Both the position numbers and the translations under genes were made by a program. From NCBI GenBank assembly GCA_973895155.1, contig OZ316893.1:10545660-10609659 (forward strand): a DNA stretch of 64,000 nucleotides, in the 5' to 3' direction. This stretch comes from Marsupella aquatica (lineage: Eukaryota > Plantae > Marchantiophyta). A model generated the notes under the pieces. That model was not told where the DNA came from and did no database searches. It worked only from the letters and a program-made list of their open reading frames with translations. Shown piece after piece: positions 50,991 through 63,299 of the stretch. Position 1 is the stretch's first letter. The number at the start of each line of letters is the position of its first letter.

Positions 50991-51527
50991 TTGCCTCAAT
51001 TTTTTCGTTTCATCTCAAACTTGTTGGACAGTGCCACAGATTATCTGCATGCTTGTGTGAATCGTTATGAGCACATACATACATTACCCAATCCTACACC
51101 TTCTGCACCTGAAATGCCTCCAGATTTCATGAGTGAGCACGGGAAAGGACCTGTGGATATTTGTGACAGGATGAAGGTCGAGGTTGGAGCCCCTGAAGCA
51201 GTACCTTTGGCAATAGTAGCAGCAGCTGTTTGTGGCAAAGTAGGAGAACCAAGGACAGTTTCAGCTGGGATGGGCACTGGTTTGCCGGTGGAGTATGTGA
51301 ATGGTCCAAAAACAGTGTGGAAAGCAGGGCAAAAGAGAAAATTCTACGCTGTTGTTCGTGGATTTCAGCCAGGAATTTATGAGACATGGGATGAATGTAA
51401 TCAGCAAGTCTGGGGATTTAGTGATTGTAAATTCAAATCGTTTAAGACTAGGGCAGAGGCTGTAGAGTACATGCACAATGGATTGAGGGCACGAGGTACA
51501 TGGGGAATGCCCCATACTGCAGCATAA
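50991..51527 (+). CDS. MULE-B accessory gene: C-terminal RNase H1 N-terminal hybrid-binding (Cauli_VI-like) domain, no catalytic RNase H domain
   Basis: Domain at 51339-51470: KFYAVVRGFQPGIYETWDECNQQVWGFSDCKFKSFKTRAEAVEY. Stop at 51527, AATAAA at 51604. The ORF opens at TTG and the first ATG is 51114; the 5' exon structure is unresolved (donor GTAAGT at ~50667). Confidence 0.88.
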   Translation: MPQFFRFISNLLDSATDYLHACVNRYEHIHTLPNPTPSAPEMPPDFMSEHGKGPVDICDRMKVEVGAPEAVPLAIVAAAVCGKVGEPRTVSAGMGTGLPVEYVNGPKTVWKAGQKRKFYAVVRGFQPGIYETWDECNQQVWGFSDCKFKSFKTRAEAVEYMHNGLRARGTWGMPHTAA

Positions 51528-51842
51528 GTAGATTGACCAATACTTCACTTTCCCAGTATCATTCAGGCAACTTTGACCTTTCATGCACATTGAGTTTCCA
51601 TGCAATAAAAATACCAATTTGCACAAACAATTTGCACAAACAATCATGAGTCTGTGAGACTGTTTGAACAATACTGTGTAACATGGCCTCATTTCATTCC
51701 ACATATCTCTTATTGGAATTTATGAAATTTATTGCAAATAGTTTACAAAAAAGCCTGTATACAGGTGCTAGACTATTACAAAAAGTGGTGGTGTGCTCTT
51801 CCAAGCTCACACATTCTGTGAACAAAATTGGCCTACAGGTTT

Positions 51843-53825
51843 CATCTCTGTGATTCTACTGTCTCAAGCAATTGAGAGAAGGTCCCAATGTCCAAGCTTT
51901 CCTGACTACTATCAGTGTTGTTCATGTCCATGTTGTCTTGGCTCTTCTCAGCATTTTGTCGAAGGGCTTCTCTTGCTGCTGATCATTCTGGGCAGCTCCT
52001 CTTGTCATGGCCTCGTTCAGCACACACACCACACTTCCTGGGCAATCTACACACTTCCTCACCTTGAAATTGCATCCTTAGTCGCTCTGTGGGACGTCCT
52101 TTCCTACGCTTCTTCAACGGTGGTCCACAATGGGGGTCTGGCAGCAATTCGGTCCTCAATAATGCGGGGAGATGAGCCATATATGTCGCCCGGAATGTGT
52201 CAGTTGTCTACAATGGGGAAACATAATCATAATGCCTTAAACACAATCTGGTCAAGGCCCGCCATGCATGCACACAAGGTAACAAAGTGTCCTGGAAATC
52301 GCCACAACTGCAAAACCACTCAGGTTCAAACTGCACAAGATACTGATTGTTTTTATCATCAGTTATCCGAACCTCAATTGCATTGGAAGGGTGGGCAGTC
52401 AGGTGAGTGGCTGCCTCTTCAATGTCCCTCAAATATGTCATAATGTTTGGTGGGAATGGAGTTGTGACACTGGTAGCCAATTCCCGCTTTTCAAAATATT
52501 TGACCATGATATAATCCCAAATCTGAGAAGACATATTCAATGTTACCTCCTGTCGTTGGGGTTTGAAAGCACGATTACTGCTTTCAGCTTGCTGTGAAGT
52601 TTCATGGCCCCACCTGGCACAAACCATTGTTCAATGCTCACAATTTCAGATCACAAAAACATCCAGCATCTCTGAGCAACAAAACATGGTCTAGAAACAA
52701 AACAATTATAGCAATTGAAAATGACTTGCCTTCGACCAGGGAAGAATGCTCTTGAATAATATTTAGGATCTGCTGTTCTCTGAATGTACTGAGCAGCAGC
52801 AGGGTTTTTAGCCTCGATCTTCTCCAATCTAAGACTGAACTTTGTTGGAGTCATTGCATAAGGCAAGGACTCAAACAACTTCCTGATTTCTTTTCCGTAG
52901 TGTTTATGCACATTCTTTGCTAGGTGCCATGTGCAATATGCAGGATATGCATGAGGAAAAATTCGTGGCACCCCATCAGTCAACCCCTTCTCCCTGTCTG
53001 AAATAAACACAGTGCCTATCTTGCTCAAGTCGGGAATGGAATCTCGTAACAAATTCAGGAAAAACATCCAGTTCTCTTCATTTTCTGATGGCACCCAACT
53101 GTAAGCAAGAATAATCACAGTGTTGTTGGCATCGAGTGTGGTGGCCAAAAGTAAAACTCCAGGATACATACACCGTGTATGGGTGCCATCCAAGGCCACC
53201 ATGGGCCTGCAATGACGATATGCTTCCTTGGAAGCCGAAGGGCAAACAAACAACATATCCAATTGACCACCAGGAGCCCTGTACTTAGCAAATGCCCCTG
53301 GGTCACGTTCAAGGATATGGTGGCAATGGGCAGGGATGAACTTGAATGACTCTGTCTGGTCTCCATCTAATCGTTTTAAACACCTTTGCTTTGCAACATA
53401 TGCAGTGTGGTATTTTATATCTGGATGGACTAATGCTTGGGCTGAGTCCCTCAAGAATGAGGGTCTGGTTTGGCGATTCTTACCGATAATATCCATTATG
53501 CGGTCAGCAAGCCTGTCTGAATTGGAATGCATCCTGCGGTGGTAGTGATCTGCAGCTTCACATGAGTGGTGCAAGTTGGCTACTGTTATGGTTATAGTTT
53601 CGGTTCTAGACTTCTTTGTTGCCCTCAGCCACCAGGGGCACTGCCTTTCATTGGTGTCCTCATTCATTCGACATCTTACCTTCCACTTTGTATGGTCCTT
53701 CTTTTGGGTGACAAGAACTCTCTCAGTTTTTACTCCCTCATCCACAATGACTTTCTTCAAGTCCTCCCAGTTCTCAAATGTTGTCCCGACTTGCAACTTG
53801 ATAGGTGTTTGTGGATCCATAATAC
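51843..53825 (-). pseudogene. MuDRA-type transposase with one or two nonsense codons
   Basis: Exon 53825-52730: MuDR N-domain CPWWLRA...HHSC, VALDGTH, FISDREKG, YCTWH. GC-AG intron 52729-52614. Exon from 52613: QAESSN (catalytic E), SWIM CSCGDFQDTLLPCVHA, in-frame TAG at 52208-52210, knuckle CGVCAERGHDKRSC, TGA at 51983, then an open acidic tail to ~51843. Upstream donor at 54052. Confidence 0.93.
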
Positions 53826-54429
53826 CTACAAACATAGAAACATAGAAATTGAAATTTTAGCGTAACTGTTTCACAGCAGGTTCACATGTTCCAGGCAGGG
53901 ATTGAAATGAACATAGACAGTGCCAAAGCTCAGAATAGTTCAAGCAGAATTGAGTCTACCTTGTCACGCTAATGACACTGTCCAAGGGATCAGATTGCTA
54001 GTGCTGTGGACATCCTAGCTTGGATTCAGTCAATTTGTTCCAAGAATGATACCTTCAATGTTTAGGCTGTTGCTGTCGTGTGTTCCATGGCAGCGGCAGC
54101 GCCCTCCAACTGCCCCCTAGCCAGCAGCCGATCATGAATTCCTGGTGTTGTCAAGGCAGCAAAGTCGAGTGAAGTTGAATGCAGCTTAACCAGGCTGAAG
54201 TCTGGAACCAAAATTTGCCCAATGTTGTTTTCTTTGAAAGAACAGGGCAAGAAAATGCAGGGAAGACGATGACACAGATTCCCGCACTCATTCAAAAACT
54301 TTGTTGTGGCTCTGTGCATAAACCCTATGGGCGAAGGTTGCAGCAGCGTTCTATCGAGAGCAAGCATATCACACTGCCAAAACCGTGGAGGCGAATGTGT
54401 GAACAATCGCGACATTTTTCCTTACTAAA

Positions 54430-54690
54430 AATGGGGCTTAGGGGAGCGGAGGTCGGGGGTTTGCGAGGGCTCAGGAGCAGCCGAGGTTGAGGGTTTGCAA
54501 GGGCTCAAGGGCAGCGGAGGCCGGGGGTTCGCTCAGGCTCAGGCTCGATGGAGGTTGAGCCTGGCGAAGGCAGGGGCAGCAGAGGTCCAGGGTTCGGCTC
54601 AGAACGCAAAGGCTGGGGGTTCGCTCAGGCTCAGGTCCGCTGAGGTTGGCGCTTGCGAGGGCAGGGGCAGCGGAGTTCAGGGGCAGTGGA
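54430..54690. repeat. GC-rich subterminal repeat expansion inside the right TIR of MULE-B
   Basis: Reiterated GGGGGTTCGCTCAGGCTCAGG and GGGGCAGC(G)GAGG motifs. The left end (50430-50540) has a shorter inverted counterpart. Confidence 0.7.
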
Positions 54691-56578
54691 AAATTAGGGG
54701 GGGAGCGGAGGTTCATGGCAGGGCCGTTTGGCCTCCTCCTGGGTCCTTGCATCAGGAAAACGGGCCCGACAGGGAGGGGGGAAGGAGTACAAGCCAGAAT
54801 CATCCGGGCCAATGACACCTTGCCACCTGGCATCCAGAGCACCATACTTCTAACATACCAGTTCGTATAGTGAATGGGGGGCAGGAAAGTAAATAAAATA
54901 GTTTGGGGGACAGCTTACGAATTTAGGCAAGTTAGGGGGACAGGTTGATAAAAAGCTGTATTTTTTAAATCAACATATGACATGACATCAATCCATAACC
55001 TGATAAACTTCATTGTTATTGTTATTTTTTAAATCAGTGAATGCACACCATAATACTATATTTTGATGGCACACCATAATACCACATTTTGATGTGTGAT
55101 TACAGGCATTATGAGTCTCTCTCCCTCTTTTTTACTTTCCTCGATACACATCCATCCTGCAGTAAAACATGACTGTACTATGTTTTTGTGCCACTCTCTG
55201 TCTCCTGTTTGTTCTTGCCTCCATACACGTTACATCCCACTAAGACATGGACTGTACTATCTTTTGTGTCTCTCTCTTCCTTTTGTGTTTTCCTTCATAC
55301 ACGTTCATCCCCCGCACATCTCGATCACGGTTGCAGTTATCCTCGCTGCAGTTAGACACGGTGTACTAGCCTGTACAACCTTATGTTTCTCTCTCTATGC
55401 TATCCTCCACACAAGTCCATTTGCACATCTCGGCCGCATGATTATTGCAGTACCTTACCATTTTTGGGGCGCAGTGCAACGCGCGGCATGTGAGCACCGG
55501 AGGGACGTATACGGGCCTGTACTACTGTACAGCCATGCCCATCTCCCACAAGCGCATGCATGCATGCACAACCTTCGGTTTCCCCGATGCAGTGGATGTA
55601 TGTATGTCACTTGACAGACCGTACGAGAACACAGGTCATGGTCTGCGCGGGTTTTCCGATCCTTCTTTCGTCCGTACGGGACAAGTTACGATATCCATCC
55701 ATATATCCACCGCGACATAAAATTACTCGCTAATAAAAGTCGCCATTGTACTCTAGTCAGTGAAACACAAGTTGGTCGCAAACGAGAACGTCATCCTACG
55801 GCCACGACAGACAGCTGACCTTGATTACAGCGATAGTCTTGTCGCAACTCAAACCGTTGTAAATTTACCATATCCCTTCTTAACAATTAACCATCGTAAA
55901 GAATGGTTTACACCCCAAGTGGAAGTTGTGAAGGACACAGTCGATAGTTTAGATTGAAGTGTAGGTTTTGATGGACACAGTAAATGGTTATTATTAGGGT
56001 GTGTTGACTCTTTTGAGTTTTATGTGACCGGAATAGTATGGACTGGGTAAGGGGGCTAAAATCTGCACTTCTGGATGATTGCTACTGCCACTAACTTGGG
56101 GGGTAAGTCACCCGCTGTCGGGACTTAAACATTGGTGCGCCTCAATGCACCAGCACCCTTCAATAACATCACCGAAATAAAAATTGATGATGTTAGGTGT
56201 TGTGACTTGTCTCGAACCAAAAACTCCTGGGACAAAGTTTTCTAGAGTCTGGATTTCTGTCAGGATCATGTACTGACACGTCTCATAGCAGATATTTGAT
56301 GAAACATCAGGTTAGAGATGCCCTATTGAAGTGATAGTTCTGATTGACATGCACATTTGATGCAAAATTCTGATAACACTATTGAAATGTTGAAATTGAC
56401 TCTTAGCACATATTTTCTAAGAATATTAGCAAATGAGGAAAATATTTGCTAAGAATATTACATGTTGTAAGAACAAAATGCATTTGATTGGGAATATAAT
56501 ATTTTCCACATTTGACCTGTCCATACAGTCACCTCTTCTCTCATTCAACTGGAGGAGTTGGGGCTATTGGTTCCCTTA

Positions 56579-57091
56579 GAGCATCTCCAACGGTGTTGTT
56601 TTTCTTCCCCCTATCCGCCAAATATCCATATAGCGGTCCGTTTTTGCAACCTCCAAAAGTTTGGAGGCTCGAGGTCTAATCTCTGCCTGCTGCCAGATTT
56701 GCCCTGGAAGGAGGTCGGCATTCTATGCTGGAGACAAGACCTCCATAGGCATAGAGGGCCAGCAGCAGCCCACGCGGCAGAATCTTGCATCAGTATGGAC
56801 CACTTTTTTGTAGTGCAGGCATCCCGCCAGAACTTTGTGCTGTGAGATCAAAACTTCATGCGAGAGAAGTAGCACAGTGTATGAGTGGGCAGCAGAATGA
56901 CTATCTACTTTGGGGTGGAACCGGTGGGGTTGTGAACTTTGACAGCTACCCAGCTCCTTAAAATAGCTGGTACTTCCCAGGGTATTTTAACGGGATAGCG
57001 GCCAGCTACCCAGCTCCTTAAAATAGCTGGTACTTCCCAGGGTATTTTAACGGGATAGCGGCCAGTGACCGCTATTCCGTTGGAGATGCTC
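56579..57091. mobile_element. PIF/Harbinger Tourist-like MITE (513 bp)
   Basis: Perfect 15-bp TIR GAGCATCTCCAACGG / CCGTTGGAGATGCTC, TTA TSD (56576-56578, 57092-57094). Contains a perfect 60-bp tandem duplication at 56943-57062. Confidence 0.92.
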
Positions 57092-60000
57092 TTATATATA
57101 ACTTGTTGCACTTCCCATCATGATACTGTAAGGTTCCCTAGTATCATAATATTGTAAAGTCCATCTCTCCATGAGAGCTTCCACTTCTTTTTACTGAAGA
57201 GAGAGGTTCTTGACCAGAACACCGTACTTTCTGATTTCAAGTTGATGTCTAGATTAACATTAAAACTATCTAGATATTAACAGCAACATACTCTGATCAT
57301 TTGAAAACCCTGTATTGACCATTGTGGAACATTATATATCACTTAAATACATTGTTTCTATACTAATAATCACTTCTTGTGTGTAAAAAAAGTGTATATG
57401 ATGGGAGTCCTGAGCGTCCTGAGCTCAACAGAATGGTTCATCCGAGCATCAAACTGTCTATATGGACTATGAAATTTCACTACAAGAGCGCCATGGATTG
57501 AGAGCTTTTGAAAATTAATTGTCAATACCAAAACGTTAACTGCATGAGAAATAGAGTTCCAGGAACATTTATTTGGGTTCTGTTCATCCATCCAAGTCCC
57601 CACTGAAGTGTTTCCTTGTGGGTGATACATCTGTTCAGACATTTCGATTGTCCAATATGACATGGCGAATCACTCATCAGGGCAATGTGATCCTAATCAG
57701 GCACCCATTAGTCCTCAACAAGCGATTCTAGAACATCTACAGTAAATGGTTGAAGGATATTGAACTTACCAATCTATATATCAATTAAAACTAGTGAGTA
57801 TGTGCTTTATTCCTGATTAGTTATCGTGGCCTAATTTTTTTGGTGTGTTCTTGGGCACAAACCGCAGTGAGACGTGCATCCAGACCCTGACCACCCATAA
57901 TATTTGTCGAATCACTCATCGATTGAAAAGGCTAAAATGTTTTCTCTTTCGTTTTAGCTATGAATGGCAAACCCTAGCTACGTATTTTAAGAGGCCAAAA
58001 GGTGATGGGGAAATTGGAGGTCAGGAGACCAAAAACACATTCTACATCAATCTACGCTCCCTATAAATTCTGGGTCCTTTTAGATCTGGTTTGGAGACAA
58101 AGCAAGATGGCCCCCACTAGATTTGTTTCTTTGTTAATTTTATTTCTCAAACTTTTCCTGAAAATCTTACCTCATATTGAGCACTGACTTCTGACCAATT
58201 GCATGGCTCAATCCCCACATCTCTCAATATAATAACATTTTGAAAAGCTCTTTGCAAGACCTTAGAAACCTTGTTCTTGGCAATTTTTTAAAAATGGATA
58301 GACTGTCAACGTTGGACAGTGTATAATGAAGTTCTCCCTAGTTAATCTAGATATGCCAAAAAAACGTCTACATAGTTTTCTTAGTTCTCATCATTGCACC
58401 AGATCTTTTTTCTTGGAAAAAACATGAAGGAAATCCCAACCGAGAATCCACGTCTCACAATTGCCCAAGAATTTTGGGCCTAAAACAGTGAACGCTGTTT
58501 GATCCCGATGATGCATTTACCTGTTGAGGAAAGAACGTGCATATCCAAATTATTGAGGGTCCAACTTGGGCATACACAAGTCTAGAATTTCTCGAGCCTA
58601 TCTAATCTCCAGTAGACTATCTAATCTAGCAGATCACAGGTAGATTTTGTGAAAGGAACTTAAGATGTGACGGTTTGCATCTGAATTTCACTTAGTTTCA
58701 CTGGTAGGCTAGTTTGTTGTTTCCTTTTATGCTTCATGGTTTTTCCTGCCTTACTAGTGTAAGCATCAGTGCCTTATCATGAGGGGTCAGTGTCACCAAG
58801 TTTACTCCGTTTCCTCATTGGGCAGTTGTACTTTGAGTTAATAGGATGTCTCAAATCTCAAGATTTGATGAACCTAAAAAGTTATGGTCTACCAAATTGG
58901 TGATCCATAGCTTTTTCCCAGGAAGATTGATCATATGCCATGACCATAAATCACTGTAGAGGCTAGTGAAAAAAAGCTACATAAACTTGTGGTAAAGTTA
59001 AAGTCATTTGTTTATTGTTAAAAGTCATCATCCATAACTATAAAGCTTTGAGACACCCTACAGTAGTTTCTAAGGTGATGGTTGTGTGGTCCAACTCTTG
59101 GTTCAGAGCAGTTGTGCTGCGGCCCGATTTGGCCCAGTCCTCTCTTTTCCTAAGCTAATGAAGGCTCTAGAGCAGCAATAGTTTCTTCCTTCCCTCTGTC
59201 TACCTATCTGCCGAGACAAATACAAAATGGCCCAGAAAACAGAGGGTGCCATAGTGTTATCGTGTAAATATAAATAAGGCACCATATTTGGATGTGAGGC
59301 TTACAACAGGCTAAAAGCTTAGTTGACTACATATGTGAGAGAAGCACAATGCTTGGATGTGAGAGTTAACTCCAAAGCAATATCATCAAAGAAATGAACA
59401 AAGACGGTCACTTTCCCGCTAACTTGGTAGGACTAATATCATTAAACAAACTTTTACTATTGCCCATGGCCGAGTCCACGAACACGAACACGAACAGCGA
59501 AGCTTCTTCTACGGGAACAGGTTGAGGGGAGGGACGGTGCGCGAGTTATAGGTCAGTGACTGATTTTACACCTAGAAACATCTCTCATTTTTTCATTGAT
59601 CAGTGGCCCTTGTCGCTTAGAGTATGGTGCCTGCAAAAGGCCTCCTATTGTACGAACACAGTACTATACAACCTACCACCAGTTGGATTTTTCAATGAAT
59701 CTATTGAACTAAGTTGTCCTCCTTGGAAAAGGGGACAACAGGCGTTTTCCAAGAAAGATTTGCATTATCATAATACCATGGGAAAGCCTCACCAATTCAG
59801 TAGCAATCAAAGCAAGGCTCGTGGTGCACATGAGCAACTTGCAATGGGCTACCTATGGGGCCCTACTGCCCCTATACAAGTCTGTGAACGAGTATGACCA
59901 GTTTCACCATTACCAATCGAGCTACTTTAAATCTCCATAGCTACAGTGGATAGCAGACTGACAAACGTATTCATAAAGTAACGACAGATGTCCCTGCCTT

Positions 60001-61399
60001 CAACCGAAGCCAATGGAAATAGGGAAGGATATACTCAGCATGTCAACTGCATTGGAACGTACTGTTTGTTCAACTTTTCGAAATGGAAGAAAGAGATGGG
60101 AGTCTGATGACAGAGAGCTTGGAAACTACGGTGTTTTGCATGATGACCATCTGATCATCACGTTCTCTTTGTCTTCGAGCGATAAGGTTTTGGATTTCTT
60201 GGATGACAAATGTTAGCAAAACTTGGAAGACCATCTGACTTTTGTTTTTTTCATTGTGAACTAGCATGAAAGCCTGTTAATCATGAACGCCTTTTCATTT
60301 GACTGTGGATCTGAATAACAAATATATCTCACTTGTATGAGCATAAGTGATGTTAAACGCCAAAACCTTGTCTGCCTAACTGAAAGGGTTATGGAATACG
60401 AAGCGTGTCAAAGATGTCTATCTGTAGATCACAAGATCAATTATAGAGACCCTAGATCAGTCAACCCAAAGACAAAAAAATAGTAAACAACCCACCATCA
60501 AAATCCAAATCTAGGCACGTGTAAGTAAATGATTTTGTGGTGGTTCTCATTGCACGCTCCATCTAAAATCTAACTGACTCGATCTCAAAACAGTAATTCC
60601 AGTGAATTCCTAAATAAATTAAGACTTAAAATCAAAAGAGGACAAGATAATTGGTGAGGAAGCAGGGTAAAAATGCCAGGTTGCAGCCTGCCATTGCCTC
60701 AGAGCAGTGTTCCAGAGAAATCTCAACTTTCTGTAACAACCCCAACGGAAAGTAAACTGGGTGTTCATCTTTTCCTTTCTTCTTTTCTCACCATGAGCTT
60801 TACCAGGCTAGTGAGTTTATGTATATATAAAACAACCCAATATAGGGGGGGAAGAAGAAGGGGGAAAGGAGAAGTGAGTATACTGCTCACTAGGGCTTTA
60901 GTTCCTTTGTACTCAACCTATGACTTTTTGGCTAATTGGGGTTCCTGGGATTTTCTCCCCTATATTGGGTCTCCTGCCCTTGGGATCTTTGTCTCCCCAT
61001 TTGACGTTTTTAGTTCTTTGGAATTTTGATGTATTTTTCTGCGTTGTAAGTGGCAGGAAGAACCCTATGCACTGGTTTTCAGGATTTGTTTCACGCGTGG
61101 ATACTGCTCTTTAGGAGCTTTACAAGAATTTTGGGGGCACAAATGTTCAGTTTTCATCAATAGCAAATGGGAGGTCCGTTGCATTAAATCAAAAGAATCG
61201 TTAAAGGGTTTGCCAGATTAGAGTTGTGGTAGAATGTGGGTGAGTGTTCGGTCATTTTGTTTGGGGTTAAGGTTTCAACCCAAATTGACAATTCTCAAAT
61301 GACTTGCAATGTTGAGAATCACAGATTTTGTGTTGGTTCAGCTGGTGACAAAATTTTGTTATGGTTGACAATTCCTTTATTTCAAGTGGATTTTCAGCT

Positions 61400-61577
61400 G
61401 AGGTATTTGCTTGATCAACCCCCAAAATGAAACTTCTTACTTGATCGACCCCCTGAGGTCTATCAACGGTCCAGATCTGAGATTGAAAGGTCCATCAACG
61501 GTGCAGATTGGGGAAAAGTATTGAGGGGGTTGATTAAGCACACTTTTTCCAGAAGGGGTCTACTAAGCATATGTCTC
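61400..61577. mobile_element. Small TIR element (MITE, possibly MULE-derived) between ~75-bp direct repeats
   Basis: Imperfect TIR GAGGTATTTGCTTGATCAACCCC / GGGGTCTACTAAGCATATGTCTC with internal TTGATC.ACCCCC subrepeats. Flanks 61322-61397 and 61578-61652 are nearly identical. Confidence 0.65.
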
Positions 61578-63299
61578 CAGATTTTGTGTTGGTTCAGCTC
61601 GTGACAAAATTTTGTTATGGTTGACAATTCCTTTATTTCAAGTGGATTTCAGATTTAGTTTTGGTTTGGCTGTGACAAATTTTCTTCTGGATGACATCTC
61701 TCACTGCTGTGTGGATCTGTACATGCTGAACTCAACCTCAGTTTTGGTGAGTTAACAGCTCTCAGGGGAGTTTTTTTAGGGTTACTCTTTTCTGAGCTTA
61801 ACTTACCCAACTTTTTCGAGTTAACTGTATTGTGCCCCCAAGTTCATGTAAAGTGATGTTTGGATTGTTGGCACATTTGAATGGTTACATTGCATCTCAG
61901 ACCTAGAAAAAGAAAAGACAACCCAAACCCGGGGGCATGCAGCAATTAGCAGTTCTTGGGTAGTCCTGAATCCGGTTTACCCAGACACTGTTGCTGATCA
62001 TACACTCCACTATGCCATTGCCAACCAAGGACAAAGTCAAACAAATTCTCATCCATATCCGCATGGCAACTATTTGCCAATGGAAGAGGGGCCTTACATA
62101 GTGCCCAAACCCCACAATCATGAAACAGCTTTAATATTAAGTACATGTCTTCATGTACGCAACCTCCCAGGACCTTCAACAGAGTACGGTATCTTGCTGC
62201 CAATCACCTCCACCTTTTCTTGTGAGATTGCCCTCCTTTCCTTGGGGAAAACAAAATTATGACAACCCCCAATCGCTGCCTCTCAACCCTACGCTTAATA
62301 AACCAAGCTGCCACTCCAATAGAAGGGGCCGTGCTCCCAACACGCCAGTGTCTAGGTGAATAGGAACCCACCTGGCAAGTTTTCCCATTCACTTCTCATC
62401 ATAGGACCCTCTTATCCTAAAAATGGTTTCTTGTGATGTACCCAAAAATACTAATTATATTTAGATGTGGTTTTTAGTGAAGCTTAGATCTGGGTGAAAT
62501 ACTGATCTACATTTTGAGCAGTAGATTACCCTCCATGGTGCACTGATGAGATGAAACTGACACTGAGAAAATCCCCAAAACATAACAGGCTATTTCACAT
62601 ACATGATTGTCCTGCATGTGAATGAGTGCTACCCCAGTGCTTTACATTGGAACATGTGGTTTAAGTTTGCCAGGAGGAGAGTAATCAGTTTGATCTTTGG
62701 GGCTACTAAAGTATCCCATCACCACTTGGACAGATGGGTTCCTCTACTTATAAGCATGAAGTAATAGACATTAAATGTTTGTGGTTGTTGTGATACTTTT
62801 GAATACTAGCCTGAATACCCTTGAGTATGCACATGAAGGGCTCCCCATACCCAGACTCTCACTGTCCCTACTCACAAGCATAATCCAAACATCAAAATTT
62901 TCTATTACCCTACAAATTATAGCTTATGGCTTCACTTTACAGAGTAAGGCATTAAAGATAGACTTCCAGCACAAGTTAGAGTATAGCAGATCACAACACC
63001 AACAATGTAGGCTTGCAAATCACCAGACCTTTGGGTCCCTTGCTTCATTCCCTCTGTGGTAGGACTCCTTCAACTTTAGGGTTTTACTTGACAGTAAAGA
63101 ACTCTTTTGAAACCAAAAAAATGACCAGACACTTTAACCACCAACAATTTATATGGAAAACTAGTGCTTTACAGGTGCAAACACCATACTTACAAGCAGG
63201 AAGAAACTGGTAATGATATACAAGCTCGCTCCATACAAAAAAGGGAAGAAAAAAATAAGGAAAGTGGATGCTAAATCTGTTTGTGTGATCTATATATTG

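Larger units (their letters stand above)
50152..54958 (-). mobile_element. Mutator-like element MULE-B (young, near-intact, two-gene)
   Basis: TIRs CAGCTTTTTATCAACCTGTCCCC... (50152 to ~50435) and the reverse complement (~54680-54958), highly similar. Perfect 10-bp TSD TATTTTTTAA (50142-50151, 54959-54968). Transposase on -, HBD gene on +. Confidence 0.97.

Noticed and set aside
57370-57760. hAT transposase relic (SWNSISHAV resembling TRWNS)
   Set aside because: A single weak motif with no TIRs or other conserved blocks.
60732-61124. Solo gypsy-like LTR (TGTAACAACCC...TTTACA)
   Set aside because: No matching TSD, and the putative end overlaps an H1-like MITE terminus.
62600-62960. Second CRE-like tail (FSITLQIIAYG)
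   Set aside because: Similarity is too weak to support by eye.
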